Shown here: piece after piece, positions 37,157 through 49,405 of the stretch
How the letters are laid out: every line of letters begins with the position of its first letter
Position numbering within the stretch: position 1 is the stretch's first letter
Made by a program: the position numbers and the translations under genes
Assembly (NCBI RefSeq): GCF_001194135.2
Contig: NC_068984.1
Location: 76,200,620 to 76,264,619 of the forward strand
DNA length: 64,000 bases
Reading direction: 5' to 3'
Source: Octopus bimaculoides
Taxonomy: Eukaryota
The notes under the pieces: model-generated
Seen by the model: only the letters and a program-made list of their open reading frames with translations
Told to the model about the DNA's origin: nothing
Databases searched by the model: none

Positions 37157-38827
37157 ATGGGCATTTATAGAGTGAATTTTAGGGCTTATAAATCTAATAT
37201 TTTCCTATCCTTCCTTAATACCGGTTCTCATATGCTATTTGTATCTGCACTCGGTCGGCTTAGGAGGTTGTTGTGTCCTAGCATATGTGCTACTTCTTTT
37301 AGTTTTCGTATTTTCCAGTGGTGTTCTCTGTCTATTATTTTAACTTCATCCCACAGGGGGAGGGGGTCTCCATTTTTCCATATATGATCAGCTATACCTG
37401 ATTTATCAATATCTCCTCGTGTCACAGCTTTGCGATGTTCCTCTGCCCATATTTTGAGGGGTTGGCATGTTTCGCCTCTGTACAACCAACCACAGCTGCA
37501 TGGGATGGAGTACACACAGTTTGATGCATTGTTGGGACTATAATGTCTATTGTTGAGAATGGACAACGAAAAATATTGTTGAAACTTTTTTCTTTTTTTC
37601 TAGAATACCTTCAGATGTTTTCCACTCTTAGAAATATAAGTTTGAGTTATAATCACTATGAATTACCAAATTAGTAATTTAATTAAGTTTTCAATTTATA
37701 CATCTTTTGGGGACAAAAATGCAGTTTGGAAGTATAAAAGGTTCAGACTTCTAGAACAATTGCAAATCCTTGAACTATAGAAAGTATACCAGGAAACATC
37801 ATTCACTCCCATTAAGTTATACACAGTTCCTACCATATATTTCATTTTTAAGAGTTGACTTGTTTAATTTATCTATTTACATTTAAAAGATTGGGTGGGG
37901 GTTGTAATAATGTTTTTGGATAAAGTTAGAACACAGATTAATGTCGTTTTTGTTTGTTTTTCTTTTTCCATTTTTTCATGTTCATATCACTTTCTAAAGA
38001 CTTTAGATGAGAGTTTTCATAAAATGTTGTTCTAACAGAAATCTAATAGTTTGGATAATCATAATATTCTTTGAAAACTAAGTATTGGTTTCCAAATACT
38101 TAAAGTTTAAATAGCAGTGTTATTTTACATCCACTTTATTTACATTTTTTTAATATTCTCCCACTTTCTTCATATTTTCAAATAAATTTATTATCTATCC
38201 ACTCAAACACGAATAAAATCTAGTAATGTAACTTCTGTATTCAACAAGATTCGTTAAATTTATCTCAAATGATATATGTCTAAATTACCAAATTAAAAAA
38301 AATTTTGAAAGTTATTTTCATGTTCATATTTCAAATCACCAGTAAAAGATGTTATGCAAATAAATTTAAAATTCCAATACTTAGAAATTAATATTTTTAG
38401 TTAAATTCCTTGAAATCTTCTTGGAAAGTAACTGTTATCTTGTCATAAAAATGTAGTTAGTTGATTCTGACCTCAATATCAATAACTTCAGTTTACTTAT
38501 GTAAATTAGTTTTTAATATGATTTGGCTAATAAGTAGATTATTTTGTAATAAGTAAATTATTTTACAATTGCTTATGTATTCTTTTTTTTTTTTTTGTAC
38601 TGTAAAGTATAACTTTTTTAGTTTATCTTCAGTCAGATAACTGCACTATGTTTGCTTTTTTTTTTTAGTAACAGAATTAATTATTAGTAATTTTTGGAAC
38701 ATCAGATAAATTGTCTCACAGTATTTATTTTGGTTCTTATATTCTGTATTCAAATCTTGCCTAAGTCAATTTTCCCTGTTATTCACTCTCCCAAATTTAA
38801 GATGTTGTGTCTATGTTACAAACATCA

Positions 38828-39037
38828 GTGAGCTGGCAGAACTGTTAGCATGCTGGGTAAAATGCTTAATGACATTTTACCCATCTGCATGTTCTGAGTT
38901 CAAATTCCACTGAGGTCAACTTTGCTTTTCATGCTTTCGAATTTGATAAGATAAGTACCAGTTGAACACTGGGGTCGATGTAAACAACTCATCCCCTTCC
39001 CTGAAATGGCTGCCCTTGTGACAAAATTTGAAACCAC

Positions 39038-39085
<48 letters not shown>

Positions 39086-39585
39086 TTTTACTATTATTAT
39101 TCAGGCGGCAAACTGGCAGAATTGTTAGCACACTGGGCAAAATGCTTGGCAGTATTTTGTCTACCACTATGTTCTCAGTTCAAATTCCTCCAAGGTCAAC
39201 TTTGCCTTTCATCCTTTTGAGGTTGATAAAATAAGGACTTGTGAAACACTGGGGTCAATGTAATCAATTAGTCCCCTCCTACCAAATTCAAGGCCTTGTG
39301 CCTCCAGTAAAAAAGGATTATTATTATTATTATTATTATTATTATTTCTAATTTAAGGTGGCGAGCTGGCAGAATCATTCATTAGTGCACTGGGCAAAAT
39401 GCTTAGTGGCATTTTGTCCATCCTTACATTCTGAGTTCAAATTCTGATGAGGTTGACTTTGCCTTTCATCCTTTCAGGATCAATAAAATGAGTACCAGTT
39501 GAGCACTGGGGTTAATGTAATCAACTAGACCCCTCCCACAAAATTTCAGGGCTTGTGCCTATAGTAGAAAGGATTATTATTATTT
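38828..39585 (+). mobile_element. Three head-to-tail family B SINEs separated by (ATT)n
   Basis: Copies start at about 38828, 39103 and 39356 (G.GAGCTGGCAGAA...GAGTTCAAATTC...GAGGTC.ACTTTGC.TTTCAT). Confidence 0.9.
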
Positions 39586-39589
39586 CTAA

Positions 39590-39903
39590 TTTAAACACGT
39601 GGCCAAAAGTTTGGAGAGGAAGGAGTTAGTCGATTACATCAGCCTCAATACTTGAATGCTACTTTATTTTATCACCCTCAAAAGGATGAAAAGTGAAGTT
39701 GATTTTGGTGGGATTTGAACTCCAAACATTAACAGTCAGAAGAAATATCACAAACTTTGTCTGGCACTCTAATAGTTCTACCAGTCTACTACCCTATAAT
39801 GATATTTCTAACTTAGACATGAGGTCTGTAGTTCTGAAAGTTGAGTCTTAGATGATTTATTCAGCCCCAGTACTAAACACTGATACTTTATTTTATTGAT
39901 CCC

Positions 39904-39951
<48 letters not shown>

Positions 39952-40157
39952 CCTTTCTACTAAAGGCATAAGGCTTGAAATTTGTAGGGATGGGACTAGT
40001 CGATTACATTAACCCCAGTGTTTCATTGGTACTCAATTTATCAATCCTGAAAGGATGAAAGGCAAAGTCGACCTCGACAGAATTTAAACTCAGAACATAG
40101 TGATGGGCAAAATATTGCTAAGCATATCAGTCAGCATGCTAATGATTTTGCAAGCCC
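39590..40157 (-). mobile_element. Two to three family B SINE copies in opposite orientation
   Basis: 39600-39790, partial 39790-39905 and 39950-40157 (GGATGAAAGGCAAAGTCGACCTC is the reverse complement of the family core). (TAA)n at 39904-39950. Confidence 0.85.
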
Positions 40158-41299
40158 ACAATAGAAATAAGAAGACTAGAAGAAATCATAATATGGTATT
40201 TGTAGCAAACTTTAAAAAACTGGGTAGAACAGACACTTGTCATACTGTCCAGAACTAAATTTCAGTGAAATTTAGTTCTGGATATTCTGCTCTTTTATTT
40301 ATTACTAGCACTACCATTTTAAAGAAGATTAAATCTTTGGATCAACCTTCCTGATAGTTATGTCTGTCGATTTCTCCATATGTTACTCTTATCTGCAATT
40401 AAGTTTTCAGAATATAAAGATAACATCATTACTGGTGAGTAGTGCCAGTCATTATCAACAGACCACTTTTCATTGTTACCATGTTAAAGAACAAACCAAC
40501 CAGACCACATTTATTACACATACCTTCTTCTCTTGCATCATTTCCTTTCTCTCTCTCTCTCTCTTTGTCTGTTTCTCTCTCTCTCTCCTGCAGACACACA
40601 ATGTAAACTCTATAAAGATGAAAATACACTGTTTATGATATGTTAGGTGTTAAGATTATTGATGTAATATAAATTGTATTAAATTCACATGAAGTTATAT
40701 GCACAAATGTATGCATCATAATTGTTTTAACGCCTATTTTTTTTGTATATTGATATCTGTTAGACATAATATCAATTTCATATGGAAAAAATGTTCACAC
40801 ACAAACACACACAGAGTACAACATTTTTATATGTATCTCAGTTTTTTACCCTAAGGCTTAATATTACTCAATCATATCTAACTACTTACTAACTCTTTCT
40901 TAGTTTGTCTTGACTACAAGTATCTGTCCCTGCCACCACCACCATCACTATATCATCACATCTCATTAATCAAATCTATTTGATTCTTGGTCTCTTACTC
41001 CACTCATTTCTGCTCAGATTTTCTGTTTGGTCATACTGTTCATCAAGTATCAAATGTATATTGGCAAAAGATGTAAATATCAACAAAGAAATTGAAAAAA
41101 AAACTGGTGCTTTGGAGTAGAATTCTTTGTATTTTGATCCACTTGAGTTGCACAGACAAACCCGTCATTCTTGGCATGTTATAAGAAATGAGTTGCTCAT
41201 TGGAAATGTATAACAAACATTATTGTTAACCAAATGTGATATAAAATTAAGAAGAATGAGAAAGAACTCATGGTGTCCCAAAGCAGTTAAGTATCTTCT

Positions 41300-42780
41300 A
41301 CATACTTTCTGTCCCATTATTGGATATATTGTATAAAACTAGCTGTCAGTACTCTTTCTTCCAGTGAGTTATATGAATGGGGGTCTTTATTTATTTCAAA
41401 GCTACTCACACTTCTTAGCTCTCCAAATTTTTTGATGTAGGCAATGCTTGTGAAACCTGTCTTTTCACATCTTCTGATCTATTTGCAACTATACTACCAA
41501 GAAACTGAAACTCTCTTACATGTTCTACTTTTGAAACATCTCACTGGATAATTTCATTGTTATGTGAGTGGATCTTGCATTTCACACTATTTATTTTCAC
41601 ATTTCAGTTTTCACTGACTTTGTCTAACTGTTTGCTGAACACTTTCAAGTTGTCAAAGACCATGAATATTAGGGTTATGTCATCAGTATGTCCACTGTTT
41701 ATGGATAAGGAGTCAGTAAGTGCTAGATTGTTATCTGGGTCTAAAGTTCCCTCATGTTTAAGATGTTGAAAAGTGTGGCAGAGGCATGCAATTATGTCTC
41801 ACACAAATGCATGCATCAAATGAATCCATCAACTGACCATTCTTGATCAGTCTCACTTAGTACCTATATTATTTGCACTATCTTGGGGTTCTACACTTAT
41901 TGTTGTTGTCATTTTCTATAAGGTCTTCCTCAAGATCATGTTGAAGCTTTAAAGATAATGAAGTTGAAATGTAAAGACACTTGATGTTCTCTTACTCTTT
42001 CAATGATCTGTTTGACTTTAGAAATGGCATTGAAAGTGCCTCCTCCACTTAGTCTGAAACCTAACTGATTCTTCCCCATTGCTTCTTCTGTTTTACTTTT
42101 TATTCAGTCAGGGAGGATTCTACAGAACACTTTTTCTAGTATTGATAAGAGAGGGATCGCCTTGTAGTTCTCTGGATTTTACATGTCACTCTTTTTATAT
42201 GTTGGAGTTACTGGTATATGGTTCCAACCTTTTACTGTCTTTTCTGTTTTCCAAACTATATTGAATATTACATAGAACATGTTAATCATGTGCTCACCTC
42301 CTGCTTTTAGTACTTCATCACTGATGGCATCTATTCTAGGGACTTCATGGTTTTTCATTCTTTTTATTGCTTTTTTCTATTTCATATTTTGTTATTTCTG
42401 TGCAAGTATCTACATCAGATGAACCATCCAGGATTTCTGATATTGCCTCTTCATTGTGTAGCAATTGAGTGTTAAAATGTTGTACAAAATTATCTTTCCA
42501 TTATTGGAAAACTGCAGCTGTGTATGTACGTATGTTACATTCTTTATTTTTGATTGTGCTGTATGTTTTCTGCTCTTTCCCTCCATTTCATAAATGGACT
42601 TGAAAACATTGTGACTGTTATTGTTCTTGAAATTGCCTTCTAGTAGTTTTGTTTTGTCATGTAGGTTCTTGTTCTTTTGTATTTTGACTTCTGTTTTGAC
42701 TGCTTTGTTCGTATGAGTTGTTCAATGTTCCTGTTCTGGTTTTTCACCTTTATTCACAGTCTGCCACTGTTTCTTATGAG
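41300..42780 (-). mobile_element. Old RTE-like LINE, reverse-transcriptase region
   Basis: Minus translations EVLKAGGEHMINMFYVIFNIVWKTEK, NPENYKAIPLLSILEKVFCRIL, QLGFR and VREFQFLGSIV. Many stops and frameshifts. Confidence 0.85.
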
Positions 42781-43016
42781 AGCCCTGTCATTTTCCTTTT
42801 TTCCTTTTTTTTTTTTTTTTTTTTTGTTCCTAAGCTTCCACGTGGACAGTCTCTACTGTTATTTCATGTTTTTCCTTTGAAATACGCATACACCTTGCCT
42901 ATTGTCATCTGTTTTGAGCACGTTAGGAGGTGCAGTGCAAGATGTAATGGGTTAGGAGGTTCATTACACTGCCTCACTGTATTATTGGCAATTTCATTTA
43001 CATTTGTGAAGGTATA

Positions 43017-43245
43017 TGGCTTAGTGGTTAGGGTATTCAGCTCACAATTGTAAGGTTGTGAGTTCAATACTCAGTGGCATATTGTATCCTTGAGCAAGAC
43101 ACTGTATTTTGTTAGGTGGTGAGCTGGAAGAATTGTTAGCATGTCAGGCAAAATGCTTAGCAGCATTTCATCTGTCATTACATTCTGAGTTCAAATTCTG
43201 CTGAGGTTGACTGCCTTTCATCCTTTAGGGATCAATAAAATAAGT
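43017..43245 (+). mobile_element. Family E SINE head followed by a family B SINE
   Basis: TGGCTTAGTGGTTAGGG...GAGTTCAAT...TCCTTGAGCAAGACA, then GGTGGTGAGCTGG at about 43117. Confidence 0.75.
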
Positions 43246-43829
43246 TCCATTCACTTTGTCTGACAGTGTCTGTTCAGGTTGTGACTTCACATTCGTGCTT
43301 TCTTTATTGTTATGCTTAAGTAGTCACAATTATAATTCTGATCTCTTATCCAGCAGAAACCATCTTGAGTCTTAAATAATCTTAATTCTTTAGTTCATTA
43401 ACTTCTAGGTCAACACCTTCCCAATAATAAAACCATATTCTTTATTAGAATATAATGGAAAAAGAAAAGAAATGTTTATTTTTAGAATGTGATAGAGAAC
43501 AGTAACTATTCATTATTCAAAAACTAAATATCTATCAATTTTTAAATCTTGTATAATTTATATGTAGTCATCCATATAAGTCAGGAGAAAAAAATATGCA
43601 CTTATGTATTTGTTAATAGTGGGGGTATATTTATCAAAGTATCCAGTATTGTAGATTCATTTCAGCCAATCTTACTAATTGGTTTTGCACATAACCAGAT
43701 AAAAGATCAGAGCACATATTACTTAAATATGCTAATATCTAACATCTGGTTATCTAATACCTTTGCAAAACCAGTTGGTAACATTGGCTGCAATAGATTT
43801 ATAGTGTGTGTGTGTGTGTGTGTGTGTTG

Positions 43830-44225
43830 GGCTGGGTGTGGCTAAAAAGCCTGCTTTCCAGCCATATAGTTTCAGGTTCAATCCCATTGCATGGCACCTT
43901 GGACAAGCGTCTTCTGTAACCCCAAACTAACCAAAGCCTTGTAGGTGGATTTTGTAGATGGAAACTGAAAGAGGCCCATTATGTGTGTGTGTGTTGTTTC
44001 ATTAACTTCACCCCATGTAATTGTTGTAAATAAATGTTATTTAGTTTCAATATTCTCCAAAAACGTATCTGACCAAAAGGGGAATATTACTTCGCTTGGA
44101 AACAGGTAAAGGTTAGTGACAGGAAGGACACCTGGCTGTAGAAAATCTGCTTCAGTAAACTTTATCCAACCAATGCAAGCCATGGAAAAGTGGAGATTAA
44201 AACAGTGATGATGACAATGATATGT
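43830..44225 (+). mobile_element. SINE: family A head with RTE-type tail
   Basis: GGTTCAATCCC B-box, GCACCTTGGACAAG, tail GGAAACAGGTAAAGG...CATGGAAAAGTGG...GTGATGATGAC. Confidence 0.7.
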
Positions 44226-46073
44226 GTGTGTGTGTGTAACGAAAAATTTTCAAGTTGGCTGGAAAGGCAAACTATCTGTGACACATAGTTATGATGTTTA
44301 GCCACACAGTTTTTGTACATCCATTCAAAGCAACAAATGTCACAGTGACAAAAGAATAGGAAATTCAATTGATTTATTACAATAACTTTTTCTTTGAAAA
44401 GAAACCAAATTTCATTGATTTTTAAATCCTGTTTTCCTTGTACATGTGAATAAATTGGATCATTCCAAGTCAGCTGATTCTTGTTTTCCCTTATCTTTAT
44501 TTTGCCATTCCCAGTATATTTATTATATTTATTCTGAAAGACAGCAAAGCCCTCAAATGCTGTAGAGGCATCATTTCAAATTTGATATTCCTCTCACATG
44601 TATAGGAAGCCCATNNNNNNNNNNNNNNNNNNNNNNNNNNNNNNNNNNNNNNNNNNNNNNNNNNNNNNNNNNNNNNNNNNNNNNNNNNNNNNNNNNNNNN
44701 NNNNNNNNNNNNNNATAAATACGCGCGCGCACACACACATACACACTTTACTCTTTGAATTAAAAGAACTCTTTCTCAATGTTCTTTGCAATTCAATTAT
44801 TCAAGCATGAAGTTTTGCTGAGACAGCATTACTGATAAATATGAAAGGACTTACAGCTTTGCTGAATTACTTCAAAAAAACATATATACATTGTTGCGGG
44901 TACGGTGACAAGGTTGCTTTGTTACAACATGGTCTCAAAGTTCTATCTCACTATATCACACCTTGGCCAAGACTCTTTTACTGTAGACTGAGGCCAACAA
45001 ATGCTTTGTGAGTGAAATTAGCAGATGAAAATGTATGGAAACTTGTTCTCTCTTTATGTGTGGTTGCCATATTTAACAGGTTGAATTACCTCATAGAGGC
45101 TCTTCTATCATGAAGTGATGAAATAAATGGTTTGTATTAAGGTTGTTCAATCAGTATTAGGTATTTTATCATCTAAGTCTTATTATATTTCTATTTTACT
45201 TCCCAAATTGTTCTGAAGTCTTCTGGCATTGAAAACTTTAACTGGGATACAGGAGACATTTATTTATGCAAGAAACATTTTTGTTGCTTTTTTTCTTCTT
45301 TTTCTTTTTATTTATTTATTTATTTTTGTAACATTTTTCAACGATCTCTTCCCTCTATGGAGTAGAAATATCATTTATATTATTACTATCAATATTAGTT
45401 ATATTTCAAAAATTGCCCACAATCCGAGATGAGAAGAACTTTGTCTGACTCTTTATCTATTATTTGCCTATATTTCAGTTTCTCTCTCCCTGTCTATATC
45501 TCTGTTGGCCTGCTAATAAATAAGCAGATTAACATAGGAAATAGCGAGATAGAGGCAGAGAGAAACACATACATACAAGCAAATATTGTCTGTCTTTCAC
45601 ACACATACACAACTGAACAGGGATATCAACAGATCCTAAGTCATTTCCTCTTTATAAGCCTAAGCATAAAACAGTGATCAGTCACTAACCCCACCCGTTG
45701 TTTATATATATGTGTGTGTGTCTGTGTCTGTGTGTGTGTGTGTGTGTTTATATGTATGTTACATGTATAGGCACACTCAGACACACTCACACCCACACAG
45801 TGTAATGAAAACTATCTCCAGCTTTGTGCTAAACCAAAGGAGCTCATTAATAATTCATATCACATATTACTCACTCTTCTCTCATACAACACTCATGCTG
45901 GTTTCTGTGTGTGTGTGTGTGTGTATATATATCCATCACATTTTTTCTCTATCTTTTTTTATTTTTGTTAGTTTTTGTTATATAATGTTGATTTTTTATA
46001 TGTTTTTTTTTTTTTTTTTGTTCACAAGTAATTGTTTTAAACACTTAAAAAATTTCATTTTATAAATGAAAGT

Positions 46074-46370
46074 GCAGTGCACATGACCTTTGCAAGGCCC
46101 CAGTTTCAAACTGGTGTGATCAATGGCACTGGAGGTTCAGTGTTAACGTTAGCAAGCCTCGATGTCTGCAGGAAAAAGTACCATCTGAGAAGGGGACCTT
46201 CTGCCACATCAGACAGAGGCTTGCCTTTCTGAGAAAGAAAAACTGAGGTATGCAGAGCTTGGGAGATGGGATTTGGTGAGGAGAGATCAATATCTACAGG
46301 AAGACATTCATTGAGTTGGATCTCAGAAGCACTTAATATGAATGCAAGTAGCAGGAATGAATTCCACTAA
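46074..46370 (-). mobile_element. CR1-group LINE 3' remnant (second copy)
   Basis: Terminal GCAGTGCACATGACCTTTGCAAGGCCC (46074-46100) nearly matches GCAGTGCCCATGACCTTTGGAAGCCC (31200-31225). Confidence 0.5.
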
Positions 46371-46465
46371 ATTTATAATACCTTCAAATTATAAAGTTAT
46401 CTTGTCATGACATTCATAATGTATACTGTGTTGATAATATCTCTTCCTTCACTCATATATATATT

Positions 46466-47335
46466 ATCATCGTCATCATCATTTAATGTCCATTGTCCAT
46501 GCTGGTATGAGTTGGACGGTTTGACCAGGCTGGCACGTTGGAAGCCTGCACCAGACTCCAGTCTGATTTGGCATGGTTTTCTATGGTTGGATGCCCTTCC
46601 TAACACCAGCCACTCTAAGAGTGTTATGGGTGCTTTTATGTGCCACCAGCACAGGGGCTATTTGCATGACACTGGGGTGCTTTTATGTGCCACCTGCATG
46701 GGTGCCATTTGCATGACACTAGTATTTACCATGACTGCGATTTTGCTCGACTTGGTGAGTCTTTTTCACAAGCAAGACATAATGCCAAAGGTCTTGGTCA
46801 TTGCCTCTGTGAGGTTCAACACTCGAAAGGAACTCACCTACTTTGCCTCCATGAGGCCCAGTACTTGAAAAGAACTCAGCTATTTTGCTGACTTCATTAC
46901 TTCCAAGCCTGCGCATATCCTTAGCTGTCACAGCCCATGTTTCAGTGCCATGCAGCATAGCTGTTCACACACAGGCATCAAACAATCTGCCTTTCGCTCT
47001 GAGAGAGAGGCCCTTTGTTGCCAGCAGGGGTAGGAGCTCTCTAAACTTTGGCCAGCCTAAACTTATTCTCACAGCTAAGCTTTCATAGCATCCACCTCCA
47101 CTACTAACTTGGTCACCTAGATAACGGAAGCTATCTACTACTTCTGGCTTGCTCCCCTGACAGTTGATGGAATCTCTTTTCTGCACATTTTCATCATTTA
47201 TTGTACCTATGCATCTTCCACATAGTGTCCAAAGCTTACACTGAGTGCATCCTATGGAGTTTCTACCTTATGGAGCTTTGAGCAGGGCCATCTACCTGAA
47301 GGGATTTGTGATTTGTCTACCTTCCTACTTCCTAC
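46466..47335 (-). mobile_element. RTE-clade LINE 3' portion with internal deletions and complete 3' UTR
   Basis: VVDSFRYLGDQVSSGGGC, RISLGWPKFRELLPLL, GLSLRAKGRLFDACV, MLHGTETWA, MRRL. The 3' UTR ends in (GAT)n and matches the tail found on many SINE copies. Confidence 0.92.
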
Positions 47336-48967
47336 TTTGGTTTTATATATATATATGTGTGTGTGTGGTTGACTGTTGCTACTGAAAGGGAGAGGATTGC
47401 TTTAAACATAGAGAGTACATATCTTTCTATATAATTATTTTTTTGTGCATTTCACTTGGAAACAGGTGAAAGTTGACACAGGAAAGGCATCCACTTGTAG
47501 AAAATCTACCTCAACAAATTCAATCTGACCCATGTGAGCATAGAAAAGTGGACATTAAAACAACGATGAGAATATGATGATGATGATGATGATGACGACG
47601 ACGACGATTGTTTGTGTGCGTGTGTGTGTGTGTGTGTGTTTGTTTTGATCTTTGGGATCAGAAAGTATTTATTATCTATGGACAGATGGCAGAATCAGTA
47701 GTACTAGATAAAATACTTTGTATTGTATTTGATTATGCTCTTTTATATTCTGAGTTCAACTCCTATCCAGGCTGCCTTTGCCTTCATCCTTCCAAAATCG
47801 ATAAAATAAGTAGTAGTAATATACTCTAGTGTACAAGGAGATTGATATCATTAATTGTACCCTTGAAGGTAATGGATGTCCTGTCACTGAATGAATAAAA
47901 TAAGTCAATATGACATCCATAAGCTATGCACAAATCAATAGGGTCTTTTTTTTTTTTTTTGCTGATAACAATTATGAGCCACCATAAATTGACTTAATCT
48001 CCTCAATTTGATCTCCATTTTTTGTATATTATTGATTCGTTATTACAAACCAAGCAATAAGGCAGAATGGTGATTCAGATATATCTCCAAGAGGAAGAGT
48101 ATGACCTCATTATTACTTTGATAGTTGGTGTGGGCTACTAAGATCACATGACATCCAATTTTAGGTCCTTGTTTGCATTTAGCAGAATTCACTCTATTGC
48201 AAGCATTTGGACCAAACTCCTGCAATTTTTTCTTGTTGGCATTAGTCTACAGATGTTTGGGCTGAGTATTAGACATTGTAGTCTCACCAGTAAAAGGAGG
48301 GCTTGAGTAGATCCTAGGATTTCTCCATCTCCTCTGATTAATTTTAGATATGATGTTCTGACTTCTCTGTTAATTGTGCAATATCTTGTTTATTCAACTA
48401 CTCTCACTCTGAGTAGCAGAATGGATAAATGCTTGGTTCATGAGTTCAAAATATGTGCGGGCATAGCTTTGTGATTAAGTTATTCACCTTGCAGCTACAT
48501 AGTTTTGAATTTGATTCAGCAATGCATTACTTTGGGCAAGTGTTTGGATTGATGAACACTTTGTTGAAGGTAAAATTTGGTAGACAGAAACTGTGTGAAA
48601 ACCTATTGAAGGAACCATTCCTTGAAGATGGATTTAATTCATCTCCCTATTAAACACCATCTCCTATGTAAGGTACTTTCTCTTGCAGTCATTCAGGCTA
48701 TGTTTCCAGTCTGGGGCTTAGCATCATCTCTTCTTTCCACCAGTTTCTGATGTCACAGAAAGTGTCATTGGGGATACCTCCCCCTCTGATTAAGTAGCAA
48801 AAAAATAAATAAATAGATAGATAAATGATCCTTTGCAGATGTTTATCCCTTTAACATTCACATTGCTCTGTCAAATGTCACGATTATTTGTTTTGAATTA
48901 ATCATGCATTATCTTGTATCTTTGACATTTCATTGATGTGATTGTTTATTTTTACAATGACAAAATG

Positions 48968-49324
48968 CACCATTTTGAGCATGACCGTTGCCAGTACCGC
49001 CTGACTGGCCTTCGTAGGGTTTTCGAGCGAGATCGTTGCCAGTGCCCCTGGACTGGCTCTTGTGCAGGTGGCACATAAAAGACACCATTTTCGAGCGTGG
49101 CCGTTGCCAGTACCGCCTGACTGGCCTTCGTGCGGGTGACACGTAAAAGCACCCACTACACTCTCTGAGTGGTTGGCGTTAGGAAGGGTATCCAGCTGTA
49201 GAAACTCAGCCAAATTAGATTGGAGCCTGGTGTTGCCATCCGGTTTCACCAGTCCTCAGTCAAATCGTCCAACCCATGCTAGCATGAAAAGCGGATGTTA
49301 AACGATGATGATGATGATGATGAT
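48968..49324 (+). mobile_element. Young RTE 3' UTR-type element with internal tandem subrepeats
   Basis: Three GAGC...CGTTGCCAGT...GACTGGC units, then GGTTGGCGTTAGGAAGGG...CATGCTAGCATG...AAAC(GAT)n. Confidence 0.8.
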
Positions 49325-49405
49325 TGTAGGGTAGACATGAGAAGCTAGATCTGGCCAGTTGCAATGTAAAACAGGTAGAATATGGCTGATTTAAATTTTA
49401 AAGGG
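49325..49405. mobile_element. Half copy of piggyBac-like MITE P2
   Basis: Ends AAAGGG plus TTAA (49406-49409). Reverse complement aligns with 28679-28770. Confidence 0.5.

Larger units (their letters stand above)
36930..37566 (-). mobile_element. Penelope-like retroelement 3' end with GIY-YIG endonuclease
   Basis: ORF 37228-37566: NCVYSIPCSCGWLYRGET...EEHRKAV...KSGIADHIW...WDEVKIIDRE..W..RKLKE, the PLE-type GIY-YIG pattern. Followed by tRNA-like, (TAA)n and hammerhead-like segments. Confidence 0.9.

Noticed and set aside
38828-39585. CRISPR-like or satellite array
   Set aside because: Units are roughly 220-270 bp tRNA-derived SINEs with microsatellite spacers in eukaryotic DNA. No short repeat and unique spacer structure, and no cas genes.
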